A DNA stretch of 62,243 nt, counting the filler, from Basidiobolus ranarum (lineage: Eukaryota), in the NCBI GenBank assembly GCA_040143965.1. It is 27 parts of 27 records of this genome, joined end to end, with 100 filler letters (N's around TTAATTAATTAA, not from the genome) between each part and the next. Parts side by side here need not be neighbours in the genome. Positions count along the whole stretch, not along the records: positions 48,541 to 50,742 come from JASJQH010010514.1; positions 50,843 to 53,043 come from JASJQH010010515.1; positions 53,144 to 55,344 come from JASJQH010010516.1; positions 55,445 to 57,644 come from JASJQH010010517.1; positions 57,745 to 59,944 come from JASJQH010010518.1; positions 60,045 to 62,243 come from JASJQH010010519.1; 21 more parts are not named here. One strand, 5' to 3'. Shown in pieces: positions 48,861-61,427 of this stretch. A program made the position numbers and the translations under genes. The notes beneath the pieces were generated by a model. The model was not told where the DNA came from and searched no databases. It was given only the letters and a program-made list of their open reading frames with translations. Numbering within the stretch: the stretch's first letter is position 1; each line of letters opens with the position of its first letter.

Positions 48861-50742
48861 TGCTAAAGATGTTCAGAGAATTGGAAGTGTTGTGAACAAG
48901 ATTGTTAATTAGACACTTGAGCTTTATTGAATTGAATATGTTCTATTTGTAGTTTACTATAAACAAGGGACTATTGTGTGTGCTTGGATTGCACCAAATA
49001 TGCGGGTTAAGCATGGGTGAAAATATAGTGTGATATGGAGAGGTTTTGAGAATATAGTGAAAGTTGGTAACAGTGATCTAATTGATATTTCTAGCAATTA
49101 GAGCAATAAACACACATTTTTGAATGGCAGAATTGAGTGCTAAATAATCAGTATATGAATAAACTAACTGATAAATAATGAGTTATATTTACCTAATTTT
49201 AATATTCCCACTCTACAAATTATTTTGTAGTCTGCTTACACCAAACTTACATCTTGATAATTCAGATTGTGCTTTAGCTAGAGGTTTGATGAAGAAGTCA
49301 GCAATCATTTCTTCAGTAAGGCAATAGACAAGCTCCATTATGGCATTCACTATTGCTTCTCTATCAAAATGCTTCCTAATAGCTATACATTGTAATGTGG
49401 GGTAGGGGTGTTGACTTAAATAATCAGTAATCAAGCTTAATCCCACTACAAATATCCAGCAAAGCCAAATTTTTATACTGGAAGCATAAAAATATCAATA
49501 GGAGATAGATTCTTCACTTTAGCTTTAAAGGGTAAACACACACTATAGTACGTCAATAGCTTGAAAACTTTTGGAGAAAAGATTAGGTCTGATAATAGAA
49601 CTATCAAGAATTTTCAATAATACCAGGGTAGATAAAACTCAGGTGGTTTCTCTAACTTGAAGTCTGATGAAAAAGATATAGTTCTTTTGAGATTAGCAAA
49701 GACTTTGATTAAGAGCTGGATATATTCTATGGCTGTAAAAGTGAAGATAACTATGAAAGAATCTGAACAGTTGCTTATATAAAGAAATAGCTAATAACAA
49801 ATGCTATGAATTGGTGGCTGAGTATAACTGCTATGAATGGGTTGCTTAGCATTTAAGTGCCAGTAAGATCACTAATATAGCAGTTGTTACTTTGAAACTT
49901 TGAACACATCAGCATCAAGTACTGTTGCAGCTCTGTGCAAAATATGAAGAGAATCCATTAGCTAGTTCCAAAGCTAGCACTAATTCCATGAACATCTTGA
50001 GGTCCTAAATTCCTGCATTCTGAATATATGCTAATGTTGATTTTTGTGCTGGAGAATTAGAAGTGGCTATAGGTCCACCAATAATTGTTCAAATGTTATT
50101 ATTCTTACATGGTGGCAAAGCTCTAATTCAGGAGTCTCTGAATGCAGTTAAAGTTACTGTAATCAGCTAAGTATTGATGCAACTATGAGTGATTGAATAT
50201 TGCTTTTCTTCTTCTTGATCTATAAAAATATTATAAGATAGCAATAGATATTATTCTTCCTACATATTGTGTGCAAGATATGTTTGGAATATTTCCAGCA
50301 CTACAACATTTTGTCCTAGTATGAAATATAGGGTTTTTAGCTAATGAAATACAACTTTTATTAAATTCAAATACAATAATAGCAAGTTTTTGCTTGTATC
50401 CTAAGTCTGTAAATAACTTCCTTAACCACTTAGCTTCTTGTGCAGTAACAGAGGCAGCCATATACTCTGCTTCTGCAGTGGAAAGTGCTACAGTTGGTTG
50501 CTCTTATTATTCCAAGTTGTAGTGCCATCACCACCGAGAATAGTATATCCAGTTGTAGATTTTCTATCACCAAGGTTTCTTTGCCAGTCTGCATCACTGT
50601 AGCCTTCAGAATTTGGTGCATCAGGAGTGGCAAAGTGTTCCAGAACTAGATCTACAGTTCCTCTCAAATACCTGAATATTTGTTTTACTGCATTTTTGTG
50701 CGCAGATCCTGGAATTTTGGGATATTCTCTGACAGCTTCCAT
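48861..50742 (-). mobile_element. Copia family B 3' end: RT/RNase H, PPT and 3' LTR (48861-49204), split by an insertion
   Basis: GYSDADW...DRKSTTGY, EAKWLRKL, HTRTK, ADFFIKPL; GAGTGGGAA precedes the LTR. Confidence 0.85.
49391..50305. mobile_element. 915-bp solo LTR-like insertion with a 4-bp target duplication (ACAT)
   Basis: Termini TGTAATG...CACTACA. Removing it and one ACAT restores RNase H RTKCIAIRKHF. Confidence 0.75.
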
Positions 50743-50842
50743 NNNNNNNNNNNNNNNNNNNNNNNNNNNNNNNNNNNNNNNNNNNNTTAATTAATTAANN
50801 NNNNNNNNNNNNNNNNNNNNNNNNNNNNNNNNNNNNNNNNNN

Positions 50843-51134
50843 GACACTGAAGTCTTGTTGAATTGATTATGTCCTATTTGTAGTTTGCTATCAAATAGAG
50901 CTATTGGTTATGGCCTGATTGTAACAAACATGACTGTTATACATGGGCAAAAAATCAAGATGATTTGCACAAGATTTGAGACAATGGTGACAATTTGCAA
51001 AAGTGATCTAATTGATAGAGTAATAAATGAAAGCAATAAATGCATATTTTGAAAGGCAGAATTGAGTGCTAAATAATCCAAATATGAGTAAACCAACTAC
51101 TAAATAATGAGTTGCTATTTACCTTATTTCAAGA
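50843..51134 (-). mobile_element. Copia LTR family B, partial
   Basis: Reverse complement of 52468-52760. Confidence 0.7.
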
Positions 51135-51920
51135 TGAGCTAGAAGCACACAATCAGAAAAAATTAACTCATCAAGCCTATTCCAGAGGACTGATATGGGT
51201 GAGCTAAATATTTTCTGGGGAATCCTTATCAAGAGAGATAAACTGAATATGAAGCTCATGCTAAAGCAGTCAGGATACATCCTAGACGTCCTAAAACACT
51301 GCAACAAGGAAAGTAGCAAGTCTGTATCAACCCAATGAATCCCAATGGGAAATTAATCAAAATTTTACTGGATTGTGCACACATTGACTGAAATCAAACC
51401 AGGAGTTCCCCATTGGTCCTTAGTAGGTTGTTTATTGTATCATTGGTTGGAACAAGCCCAGATGTTGCTGTAACAGTGAGAACTGTCAGCCAATACTTAA
51501 AGATATCAGGATCTGGGTGCAAAACAGTGATAATACAAATATTCAGGTATTTGAGAGGAATATACATCCATTATAGGAATATTCTGACACTCATTATGCT
51601 TCAATTCTCTAAGGCTACAGTGATGCAGACTGAGCAAGAAACATTTATGCTAGAAGATCAACAACTGGATATACTATTTTCCATGGTAATGGAGCCATTA
51701 CTTGAAATAATAAGAAGCAACCAACCATAGCACTTTCCACTACAAAGCAGGGTATATGTCTGCCTCTGTTACTACATAAGAAGCTTTGCGATAGAGAAAT
51801 TATTTACAAGCTTAGGATACATGTAAAAGTGTGCCACTACTCAATTTGACAATAAAAAGCTTATATGCCATTTGCTACAAACCCTACACTACATGCTAAA
51901 ACAAAACAAATAGATATTAG
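51135..51920 (+). mobile_element. Copia RT/RNase H remnant
   Basis: TDMGEL.IFLGI, GTSPDVA..V..VSQY, IFRYLRG, GYSDAD and HAKTKQIDIR. Confidence 0.8.
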
Positions 51921-52467
51921 AATTGTCCCATTAGACCAGGTCAGATTGTGCCACTTGATCCAGCCTGCTATCACACCATCTGGTGCAATCTGTCAATTGC
52001 CATGGCTAGATCCAACAGCAATTGATTGGACACTATTAGGACCATTTAAGCACTCTCCTAACACAGTTGGACATGATGATTTTTTTGGTGACATAGCGCC
52101 AGCCCATACCAAGTAGTCCAATATAGTATTGCCAAATTAAGATTTTTGGTAACTGACCCAGCAAGTTTATGCCCTGGTTTGTAAATCACCAATTACTGAA
52201 TGTGTAATAATAAACAATTTATACAGTAATTTTCCCAATCAAGTATATAACTAAGACATTCACATTTTTTTGGGCCAATTATTTGTCTCTTACCTGCACA
52301 AAGTCCTGATCTTTAATTGGGCCCAATAGCTCTGGCACTTGGAATCACCAGTAGTTTTGGCACACTGGTGACAAATTACAGCACTCAATGAGAGATCAAT
52401 CTGCAGTATGATAGTAATGATTAGGAATACTTGATTAAACATTTTTAGATCAGCAAATTATTCATTC

Positions 52468-53043
52468 TGTTGAAATTATATAAATAGCAACTCATTATTA
52501 AGTAGTTAGTTTATTCATATTCTGATTATTTAGTACTCAATTCTGTCATTCAAAAGTGTGTTTTTATTGCTCTAATTGATAGAAATATCAATTAGATCAC
52601 TTTTACCAATTTTCACTATTTTCTCAAAACTTCTCCTAATCACCTCAAATCTTTACAAATGCTTAACAGGCATGTTTGTTATGATCTAAGCACATCCAAT
52701 AGTCCTACTTCATAGTAAACTATAAATAGGCCATATTCAATTCAATAAAACTTAAGTGTCTAATTCACAAATCCAAATCTTGTCCTAAACACTTCCAAAT
52801 CCCCTAAACACTTTTATCAGGTTATGAGCCCCAAGCTAGCTGTTAAAGGAATCTCTACCAGTACTCTTACCAATGTTTTTGCATCCGCAGAGAAGTTTGA
52901 TGGTGAGGACTTTCACCTTTGGAGATTCAAGATACAGATGGTGCTACAAGACAAGGTCCTTTGGGGATTTATTACAGGAGAAGAAATAGAGCCAAAGGGA
53001 CCACCAGAAGCTATCCTTGCCTTTCACAAGAAGCAGAGGAAAG
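52468..53043 (+). mobile_element. Copia family B 5' LTR (52468-52819), PBS (52820-52831) and gag start
   Basis: TGTTGAAATT...TTTTATCA, then GGTTATGAGCCC, then MSPK...EKFDGEDFHLWRFKIQMVLQDKVLWG. Confidence 0.88.
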
Positions 53044-53143
53044 NNNNNNNNNNNNNNNNNNNNNNNNNNNNNNNNNNNNNNNNNNNNTTAATTAATTAAN
53101 NNNNNNNNNNNNNNNNNNNNNNNNNNNNNNNNNNNNNNNNNNN

Positions 53144-53266
53144 TGTTTGTTTATATCTTGACAAAACTATAAATGTCAACTTTCTACTAAATAAATCAAT
53201 AAGTGAAAACCACCAATTCCTCTAATTCTCCAAACCACTTCCAACAGGCTGCCAAATACTTTAACA
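53144..53266 (+). mobile_element. Copia LTR family A, 3' part
   Basis: Ends CCAAATACTTTAACA. Confidence 0.75.
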
Positions 53267-54680
53267 GTGGAGACAGATTCAGCCAAATATTGGGATTCTA
53301 ATTTTTGATCATGTAGCATTGATCTTCCCCTCTCTACCAAAGTCCTATTGGCATGTTCTGCATCCTCTTCCGCTGTGGTGTATAACGTATAGTAGTTTGT
53401 TGCTCAATTTCATGCTAATAACAAAAAGTAGCAAAGTCTCTAGAGCCATAGTACAAACCATTAATACTTCTTTGTACTCTTTTTTTTGTGCTGATTCATT
53501 CTCAGCCATTATTTTGTAGTGCCTGAACATAGCTAGGGCTTCAGGTTTTGTTTTGAGACAGAATACTCAAGAATATCTTGATTTGTCATCAATAATTGTC
53601 AAAGAGTACCTTTTGCTACCTAGTGAGACATTTTTCATGGGACCATATAGGCCAGACTGCATCAGTGCAAGATTCTAAGTCTATTTTTTCTCTCCAGAGC
53701 TTGAAAATGGCTGTCTGTGATATTTCCCATATATGCAACCTTCACAAAGCTTCATTTTGGTGATATTTTCATTTTCTGAGCCAGAAACAACCTGATTTTT
53801 GATCATATGGGTCAGTTTTTGTTCCTCAAAGTGGCTAATTTTCCATGCCACATTTGACAGCTTATTTCCCTGGTTTGGAGCAAGTATGCATGCTCAGAAT
53901 GCAATTTGTTGATTTCAGCCTTGAATAGGTTAGGAGTTTTGATCCCAGTAGCTAATTTGATATTATTATGATCTGCAATAGTGCATGTAGCATTGCTGAA
54001 CTCATGGTTTAGTCCTGAGTGGTTGCTTGGTTTACTGCAAGTAGATTCTTGGCTTTATTTGGTACATAGAGTATATTGTCTGATTTTGCTGATGGTATAG
54101 CTGAATTTTGACTGAAATTTATAGTGCATAGTCATCACCTAATTAGACTTTCCATGTTTGGATTGGTTTTAAGTTGGAAAACCACTCTTTCTTGTTTGAC
54201 CTATGCTGGGAAGCTCCTGAATCTATGTACTAGATATCTGAGTGTCCCTTAGTGGTTACTGATAGGGCACTCTCATATAGATGATCCCTATTAGTGCTTG
54301 CTTGATTTGCTTGTTCCATTTTTGGCTTTTGCCAAGAATCCTTTTTCTCTAATCTTTGATTAAATGGCCTGGTTTCCTGCAATACTTGCAGATAATTGAT
54401 TTCCTGTGAGGGGCACCATTATTGAAGCCTGTTAGACATTTTACAGCTCCAAAAAATTCCTGATCTGCAATATTTTGCTGAGTATTAGATCTCCTTCATT
54501 CCTCATTCACAAGCCTAGCACCAACATTTTCCACTGTTAATGGAGCCAGTCTCTATTCTATGGCAATTAAAAGGTTCCCAAACTTGTCTTGCTGGCTTCT
54601 AAGCAGTGTCATTACTAAGTCATCTTCATTCAGAGGAACTCCAATGGATGAGAGCTGCTCTGCTACAGTCTTTTTGCCCA
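53267..54680 (-). mobile_element. Copia gag-protease-integrase remnant
   Basis: CKYCRKPGH knuckle, YIDSGASQH, LCEGCIYGK, TIIDDKSRY and YTPQR. Confidence 0.75.
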
Positions 54681-55273
54681 TTTATATGATTAAATGTAGA
54701 ATTTTCAGAATTAAGGATGTGTGTGGTATAACTAGATAGATTGGTTGATACAGAGCAATTTCATATAGCAAGTAAACTGCAAAGATTACTACAGGGATTG
54801 AGGCAAGCACTAACTTGTCAGTGACCCAGTTGAATTAATGATTGCTGACAATTTAGCTCAATATTTTGCATATTCATTACTAAATTTGTCAAAACATGAG
54901 TTTAATTGCATAGTTATACAGAATAATTTATTGAGTGGCATTGTTGAAACTAGGTTAGTAAAACTGCATTATTTGGTGTTTATATACTAATATTATGGTT
55001 GCTTAGCACTCAATCAGAACATTTCAATGCATATGCTTGTTGTCCTCATTGTTAGAAATGTCTATTAATTCACTTTGGTAGGAATATATTTAGTTGGTGG
55101 ATTAGTTGGCTATTTTAGTTATGATTCTTGCTTACTGTAACTGATTAGCATGAGCATATATTACCAAGATGCAGTTGCAATCAGTAGGCATCTTGATTAG
55201 GATATTTATCAGCGCTATATTTGGCAGGATGAGAGTGTGCTTCTTGACAAATGATAAGTCACTGTATTATATT

Positions 55274-55344
55274 CCCTAACAGAAATTTGAGGATTGTTAT
55301 CGTAGGAAAACCATCACAATTTTAATCCATTTGGGATTGACCGT
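55274..55344 (+). mobile_element. CMC transposon left terminus
   Basis: CCCTAACAGAAATTTGAGGATTGTTATCGTAGG. Confidence 0.8.
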
Positions 55345-55444
55345 NNNNNNNNNNNNNNNNNNNNNNNNNNNNNNNNNNNNNNNNNNNNTTAATTAATTAA
55401 NNNNNNNNNNNNNNNNNNNNNNNNNNNNNNNNNNNNNNNNNNNN

Positions 55445-56443
55445 AGATTGCATTAAAAGAATTGCAAAAACATACACACTGAATTTGAAAATGTGATTAC
55501 AACACAAGATAGCTTGTTCATATCTGCTTAATCTACAACCACCAACAAGGATTCTCAGATATGGTAAGCTAATCGTTGAGTCTCACAACATTTCACAAAC
55601 AAAAAACATTGGTTTGTGGACTACATAGAAATCCCAATTAGAATAGCTTTTATGGGAGATAACTGCAAGTCACATTCAATGGGATTTGGAACAATTCAAG
55701 TCCATTTAACTGAACTTCTGAGGACAAATTGTATACTTTTAAGGATATATTACATGTTGACAATACTACCTAGAATTAAATGTCACAATACAAGGGCTTC
55801 TTGAAAGGTCTAAAATTCAATTTCAATAAGTCAGGATGCATTGTCACTGATCAAAATGGGAATAATTAAGCTTAGTGAGAAAAGGATCAGAATTTGAGCA
55901 AACTTACATGTAATCCAACAAGTTTAAGTGTGAATATAAGTAATTCCAGTCAAGAAACTGATCAATCATTTGCATAAGAGATTTGGCCATCACAGACTTA
56001 TGAACAAAATTGTCAAAAATCATCTGATTAAAAACAACCTCTCAACCAAAATGGAAATTTGTGAAGGTAGTATTTATGCAAAACAAGCCTGGCAACCATT
56101 TGAGATTATACTAATTCATTCAGATTTGTGTGGGCCTATACTGAATTTATCTTTGGGCTAAAAAAGGTATTTAATCACATTGATTGATGATTATACAAGA
56201 TACACTTAGGTCTACTCTATGGAAAGAGAGCACAAGGTTCTCTAGCTTCAGAGATTTTAAAACCCTTGTGCAGACTGAAACTGGAACTAAAATTAAAAAT
56301 ATATACTGATAATAGTGGAGAATATATATCAATGCTATTTAGTTGCTTTTGTAAAGTTCATGGAATCAAGCAAGAATCTATTGCCCCTTATTTGCCTCAA
56401 CAAAATGGAGTTGTTGAAAGAGCAAGCTGGACTATAATAGAAA
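55445..56443 (+). mobile_element. Copia protease-integrase remnant (family A internal region)
   Basis: HKRFGH, IHSDLCGP, TDNSGEY and PQQNGVVERA; homologous to 32700-33800. Confidence 0.85.
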
Positions 56444-57644
56444 TGAAAAAAGTTTTAGGGGATTTGGAACTGTCTTGGACAAGATTTGTAATTGTGTATT
56501 GGACACTTAAGTTTTATTGAATTGAATATGTCAATTTATACTTTACTATGAAACAGAACTGTTGGACATACTTAGATCATGACAAGCATGCCTGTTAAGC
56601 ATGGGTAAAAATTTGATGTGATTTGCAGAAGATTTGAGAAAATAGTGAAAATTGTTGAACAGTGATCTAATTGCTATTCTGATCAATTAAAGAAGTAAAC
56701 ACATGCTTTTGAATGGCAGAATTGAGTGCTAAATGACCTGAATATTAATAAACTAACTACTCAATAATGAGTTGCTATTTACATAATTTTAATATTCCCA
56801 CCAAACTAATTATTTTGTGTTTCTCTTAAACCTAACATATTACTTAACAATTAGAATTGTCCTTTAGCTAAAGGCTGGGTTAAGATGTCAGCAATCATTT
56901 CTTTAGTAGGGCAATAGACAAGTTCAAATATAGCATTCTCTATTGTTTCTGTAACAAAATTGACCGTAATATGTACATGTTTTGCTCTAGCATGAAATGT
57001 ACGATGTTTAACTGATGAAATACAACTATAATTATGTTCAAATACAGTGATAGCACAATTTTGTATATATCCCAAGTTGGTGAATAATTTCCTCAACCAC
57101 ACATCTTTTGGCTTAGTAGCAGAGGCAGCCATATACTCTGCTTTTGTAGTGGAAAGTGCTATGGTTGGTTGCTTTGTACTATTCTAAGTTAACGCTCCAT
57201 TACCATAGAGAAAAGTGTACCCAGATATTGATCTTCTAGCATCAAGGTTTCTTCCACAGTCTGCTTCACTGTGGCCTTCAAAATTGCTTGCAACCGGTGA
57301 AGCAGAGTATGTCAGAATTGGATATAAGGTTACTCTCAAATACCTGAATAATTGTGTTACTGCAGTTTTGTGCTCAGATCCTGGATGTTTGAGATATTGG
57401 CTGATAGTTCCCATTGCCACAGCAATATCCCAATGTTTTCCAATCATTGCCGGCATTAAACTACTTACCATGAATTGATAAGGAACTGCTGACTTTCATT
57501 TGAGTTATTTGGGGCCAAATTGAATGAAATTTTGATTAATATCACATTGGGATCCATTGGTACTTCAACAGTTTGCTATTCTTGTGTTGAAGAATTTAGG
57601 TTTTGTAGGATGTATCTAGACTCATTCAACATGTTTTCTGATTG
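56444..57644 (-). mobile_element. Copia family B 3' end: RT/RNase H, PPT and 3' LTR (56444-56794)
   Basis: GHSEADC...RRSISGY, FHARAKHV and MIADILTQPL; GGTGGGAA precedes the LTR. Confidence 0.85.
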
Positions 57645-57744
57645 NNNNNNNNNNNNNNNNNNNNNNNNNNNNNNNNNNNNNNNNNNNNTTAATTAATTAA
57701 NNNNNNNNNNNNNNNNNNNNNNNNNNNNNNNNNNNNNNNNNNNN

Positions 57745-59944
57745 CTCCAATGATGAGTGGTTCAAAGTCTTAGAACCTGTGTGAAATTTAGCCCAAAACC
57801 CTCTTGATTTGAGCCAATTGTGGAAAAACCAAAAACCAGGTGCTACTCTGAAGGTTCTGGACTTATTTCTTGTGGCTTATCCAGGGCTTTTGAAAGCATG
57901 TGAAAATTGGGCTAGTGTAGGCCTACTCTTCAAACGTCTCAAAAATGTATGCAATTGCCAACTTGGAACAGAAAGAAAAGCAGCTAAAGAAGTACTCAAG
58001 GAGCACAAAGTTATGAAACCCAAGGGAAAAGCAAAGTAGCTAGTGAGTCTAGGCTCTACTGTCCCACTTACCAAATTCTTCACACCATTACAAAGACTTG
58101 TATTTCCAGAGTTAGATAATGGAAAAAAGCTTAATTTCACCATGGAACCAGGGACACCAGTTGAAACAGTGTTAAATTCAGAAGCTTATTCAACACCTGG
58201 CACCTCTCTACAGGCCAAAACACCAGCAAATAAAACAATATTGCAGGGTATATGCCAGATAGCTGGAAGATTGTTGATTCAGCATCCTTGATACAATAGT
58301 AGGCTTTGATGGAGATATTGATACAAACTTGCGTTGGATATGAGCTAAACCTTGGGTATCAACAACCCCATAAAATATTCAGGAGAATATTTCAAAGAAA
58401 CTAAGGATTTCAAAAGTGACAAATCAGCATTCAAGTGGCAAAAGTGTAAAATTTGAGTTACGTTTTTTGCACTTCTGTTGATCTCTAGTTCTCTGAGACT
58501 GTGGCCAATCATGTGCAACTATTTTGCAAGCTCTTGAAATTTTACTCCTAAAATTGCAAATTTGATTAAAATCAAATCTTACTTGATGATTTTATGATGG
58601 TAAGTAAACGGTCAATCCAAAATGGATTAAATTGTGCTAGTTTTCCTACCATAACAATCTGCAAATTCCTGGCAACTTTACTGGAAATATCAAGTAAATC
58701 CCCTGCTGACTCATCTGTGATACCATCTCAGAATCAGCTGATGATATTGATGGGATATACCCCAAATAGCACCCTTTTGTAACAGGTGTTCTGTTTCTAC
58801 CACATCCTTCTCAGGCTAGAAAACAAATGTTTAAAGCAGCCTTGCAACTACTGTCACAAAATATTCTGCTATGAAAGCTAGTGGCTTCATAGAAAAGATA
58901 ATCACAAGCATGGTCACTGTGCAAAGCTACCAGCTGCACAAAGCCTGGTGAGCTTCAATAATAATACATTAACAAAATCCATTTTAGTTTTGCCCACTGT
59001 ATCAATTGGCTCTGCTTTACCTCAAAGTTTTGGTAACACTGCTGAAAGTCAAGACATTATGGAGTTAACACAGTATATGGCCAGAGTGATATAGGTAGAT
59101 ATGCAACTTTGATCAAGCCAGTGAGTCCAGCCAACTTTGAGTTCATGCTGCCAGATGTTGACTTTGGTTATTAGAGTACTTATGGTAGTATATCAGAAGT
59201 TGGAGAAGAAGACTACAGTTAGATTACAGACTCTTTGTTCTTGGCAAGCATTGGTTCACTCATAACACTTTCAGTTCAGGAAGCAGCTTTAATTATTGAG
59301 GAGTGGAGAGTTTAATCCAATCTTAGCAACCAGGTGTCTGTTGGTTTTCTTACATTTTTACCACAGCTGATTGGCCATTGCTGCTTGCCACAGACCCAGT
59401 ACATGTGGAAAACACTTGTCAATTATATGACTTATAAACCTCCAGGAATCAAACTACCTTCATATCCAAATGGTTGTTTGGCTTTCACTGGTGATCTAAA
59501 AAATCTGGAGTCATACACCATTTGCACACAATTGGCAAACATTGAGTCAGGTAAATGTTGCTCATATCTGACTTACAAACCATTGATTCCCCATCTTAAA
59601 ATTTGGATGAAATACCCAAATATATATGGTTGATCCATTATCAAAGTGCTTACCATAAAGCTGATGGTATTACAAATATGCTGTATATTTGTTAAAACAA
59701 TGGAGTTTACTCTGCCAGATATATACATTACTACTATCCAAACACAATACTAAACTCAATGTTTTTTGCATCAGATTTCAGCATGCTCCCGGATATCAAC
59801 TTACAATATAGTCAGTCTAACATCAAACTTGGGATTAGCCGTAAGCCTAAGATTATATTGCTAAAGAGGATCAGCTGGAGCCAGAGCTTCCCATTAGGCA
59901 CCATGCACTTACTATTCAACAACATTCCAATACTACTTACTCAG
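57745..59944. mobile_element. CMC left arm (-, 57745 to about 58670) and transposase 5' region (+, about 58690-59944)
   Basis: Homologous to 44129-45360 and to 13917-15140. Confidence 0.78.
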
Positions 59945-60044
59945 NNNNNNNNNNNNNNNNNNNNNNNNNNNNNNNNNNNNNNNNNNNNTTAATTAATTAA
60001 NNNNNNNNNNNNNNNNNNNNNNNNNNNNNNNNNNNNNNNNNNNN

Positions 60045-60663
60045 ACACTACAAGGATGTACAAAAATAGTCAAAGTGCTTGAGGAGTATTTTCAAAAGTA
60101 TGAAGGGAAAAACACAGTGCAAGTATGCAGAAAGTGGCTTCAGAAGAAGAACATTTAACTTGACATTCAGTCTGGCATTGACTGTGCAGATATCTGGGAA
60201 GAACTTAATACAGAGTGGCACATTATTGCAGGGTATCTGCCAGTTAGCTGGAAGAATGTTGATTCAGCAACATTAATACAATGGTGGGCTTTGCTGGAGA
60301 TATTGATGCAAACTTGTGTTTGATATGAGTTAAACTTTGGGTATGAAGAAATCCATAAAATCTTCAGGAGAATATTTCAAAGAAACTAGGGATTTCAAAG
60401 GTGACAAATTAGCATTCAAGTGGTAAATATATAAAATTTGAGTTATGTTTTTTGCACATGTGTTGATCCAAAGTTCCATAAAATTTTAGCTAAGCAGGTG
60501 CAATTATTTTCAAGTTCTCAAAGTTTCACTCTTGACACTGAAAAAATGAGTTAAAATCAAATATAACTTGACAATTTTACAATGGTAAGTAAATGGTCAA
60601 TCCAAAATGTATCAAATTTGTGATGGTTTTCTTGTAATAGCAATCCTCAAATTTCTGTCAGGG
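60045..60663 (-). mobile_element. CMC transposon left end
   Basis: Ends CAATCCTCAAATTTCTGTCAGGG. Confidence 0.8.
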
Positions 60664-60794
60664 CTAGTGCTATACAATCTTATGCTATGAAAACTTAAGA
60701 CTTCATAGAAAGAACATTCACAAGCATGTACTCTGTTTGGAGCCACCAGTTACACAAAGCTTGTCAAGTATCAGTATCTCAAGACTGAAGATAT

Positions 60795-61279
60795 TGTCAT
60801 GATTCTGATCTTGGCATACTTATCCACTGAAAATGAAATTCTTTTAATTTTAGTTTATGATGCCATATTGGCTGTGCCATCCTTTGTTGGCAATCTTATG
60901 CTAGTGCCTCTGGGTTACCTTATATAGAAGTCACATTCTCTAAAATATTCAATGAAGCCTGGCCAATAGTATCATCCCAAGATAGTATATTTCTGCCAAG
61001 ACCTTCCATGGAAAATCACCTACTCATCTGTACATGATCCTCTTTGTATTGGTTCTTGTACTACTCAACATCCCAACACTTGAACTTGCTATATATTGAT
61101 TTTCACCCTGCAATATCTATGTAAGCTCACAGTTTTCCTTGATCAGACCTCAGTATGATCAATCCCAGTTATTGATCAGGATTCTTGTCATATATCTACA
61201 TGGTCTAGTCTTGTCTTGTCTTGTCTTGTCTTGCTGATGGTCCACACTCAAGCACCCTCCTGCTTTCTAACCTCTTGTC
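60795..61279 (+). mobile_element. LTR family E, near complete, containing (GTCTT)5
   Basis: Starts TGTCATGATTCTGATCTTGGCATAC; the microsatellite lies at about 61208-61233. Confidence 0.65.
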
Positions 61280-61317
61280 CTCTAGCAAAAATAAATCAAT
61301 CTGATTTGGATTGGATC

Positions 61318-61427
61318 TATTGAAATTATTTAAGGAGAAATATTGGTCTGGCCAGGATTTGAACCTGGGACCTTCTTCACTCTAGCAAGGTGCTCTAACC
61401 ACTGAGCTACCGATCCTTCTATGCTAT
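61318..61427 (-). mobile_element. tRNA-cassette LTR-like repeat, copy 3 (supplies the other terminus)
   Basis: The + strand starts TATTGAAATT (like TGTTGAAATT), contains the whole tRNA-like cassette, and shares the flank CCTT.TATGCTAT with copies 1 and 2. Confidence 0.75.
61344..61416 (-). tRNA. tRNA-like sequence (73 nt), probably not a functional tRNA; part of a repeat
   Basis: GGATCGG TA GCTC AGTGGTTA GAGC A CCTTG CTAGAGT GAAGA AGGTC CCAGG TTCAAAT CCTGG CCAGACC A. Canonical spacing and perfect D and T stems, but mismatched acceptor and anticodon stems, and an AGA anticodon without the long Ser variable arm. Confidence 0.6.

Noticed and set aside
61344-61416. Functional tRNA-Ser(AGA) gene
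   Set aside because: Two acceptor-stem mismatches, a broken anticodon stem, a short variable loop, and a location inside a dispersed repeat.
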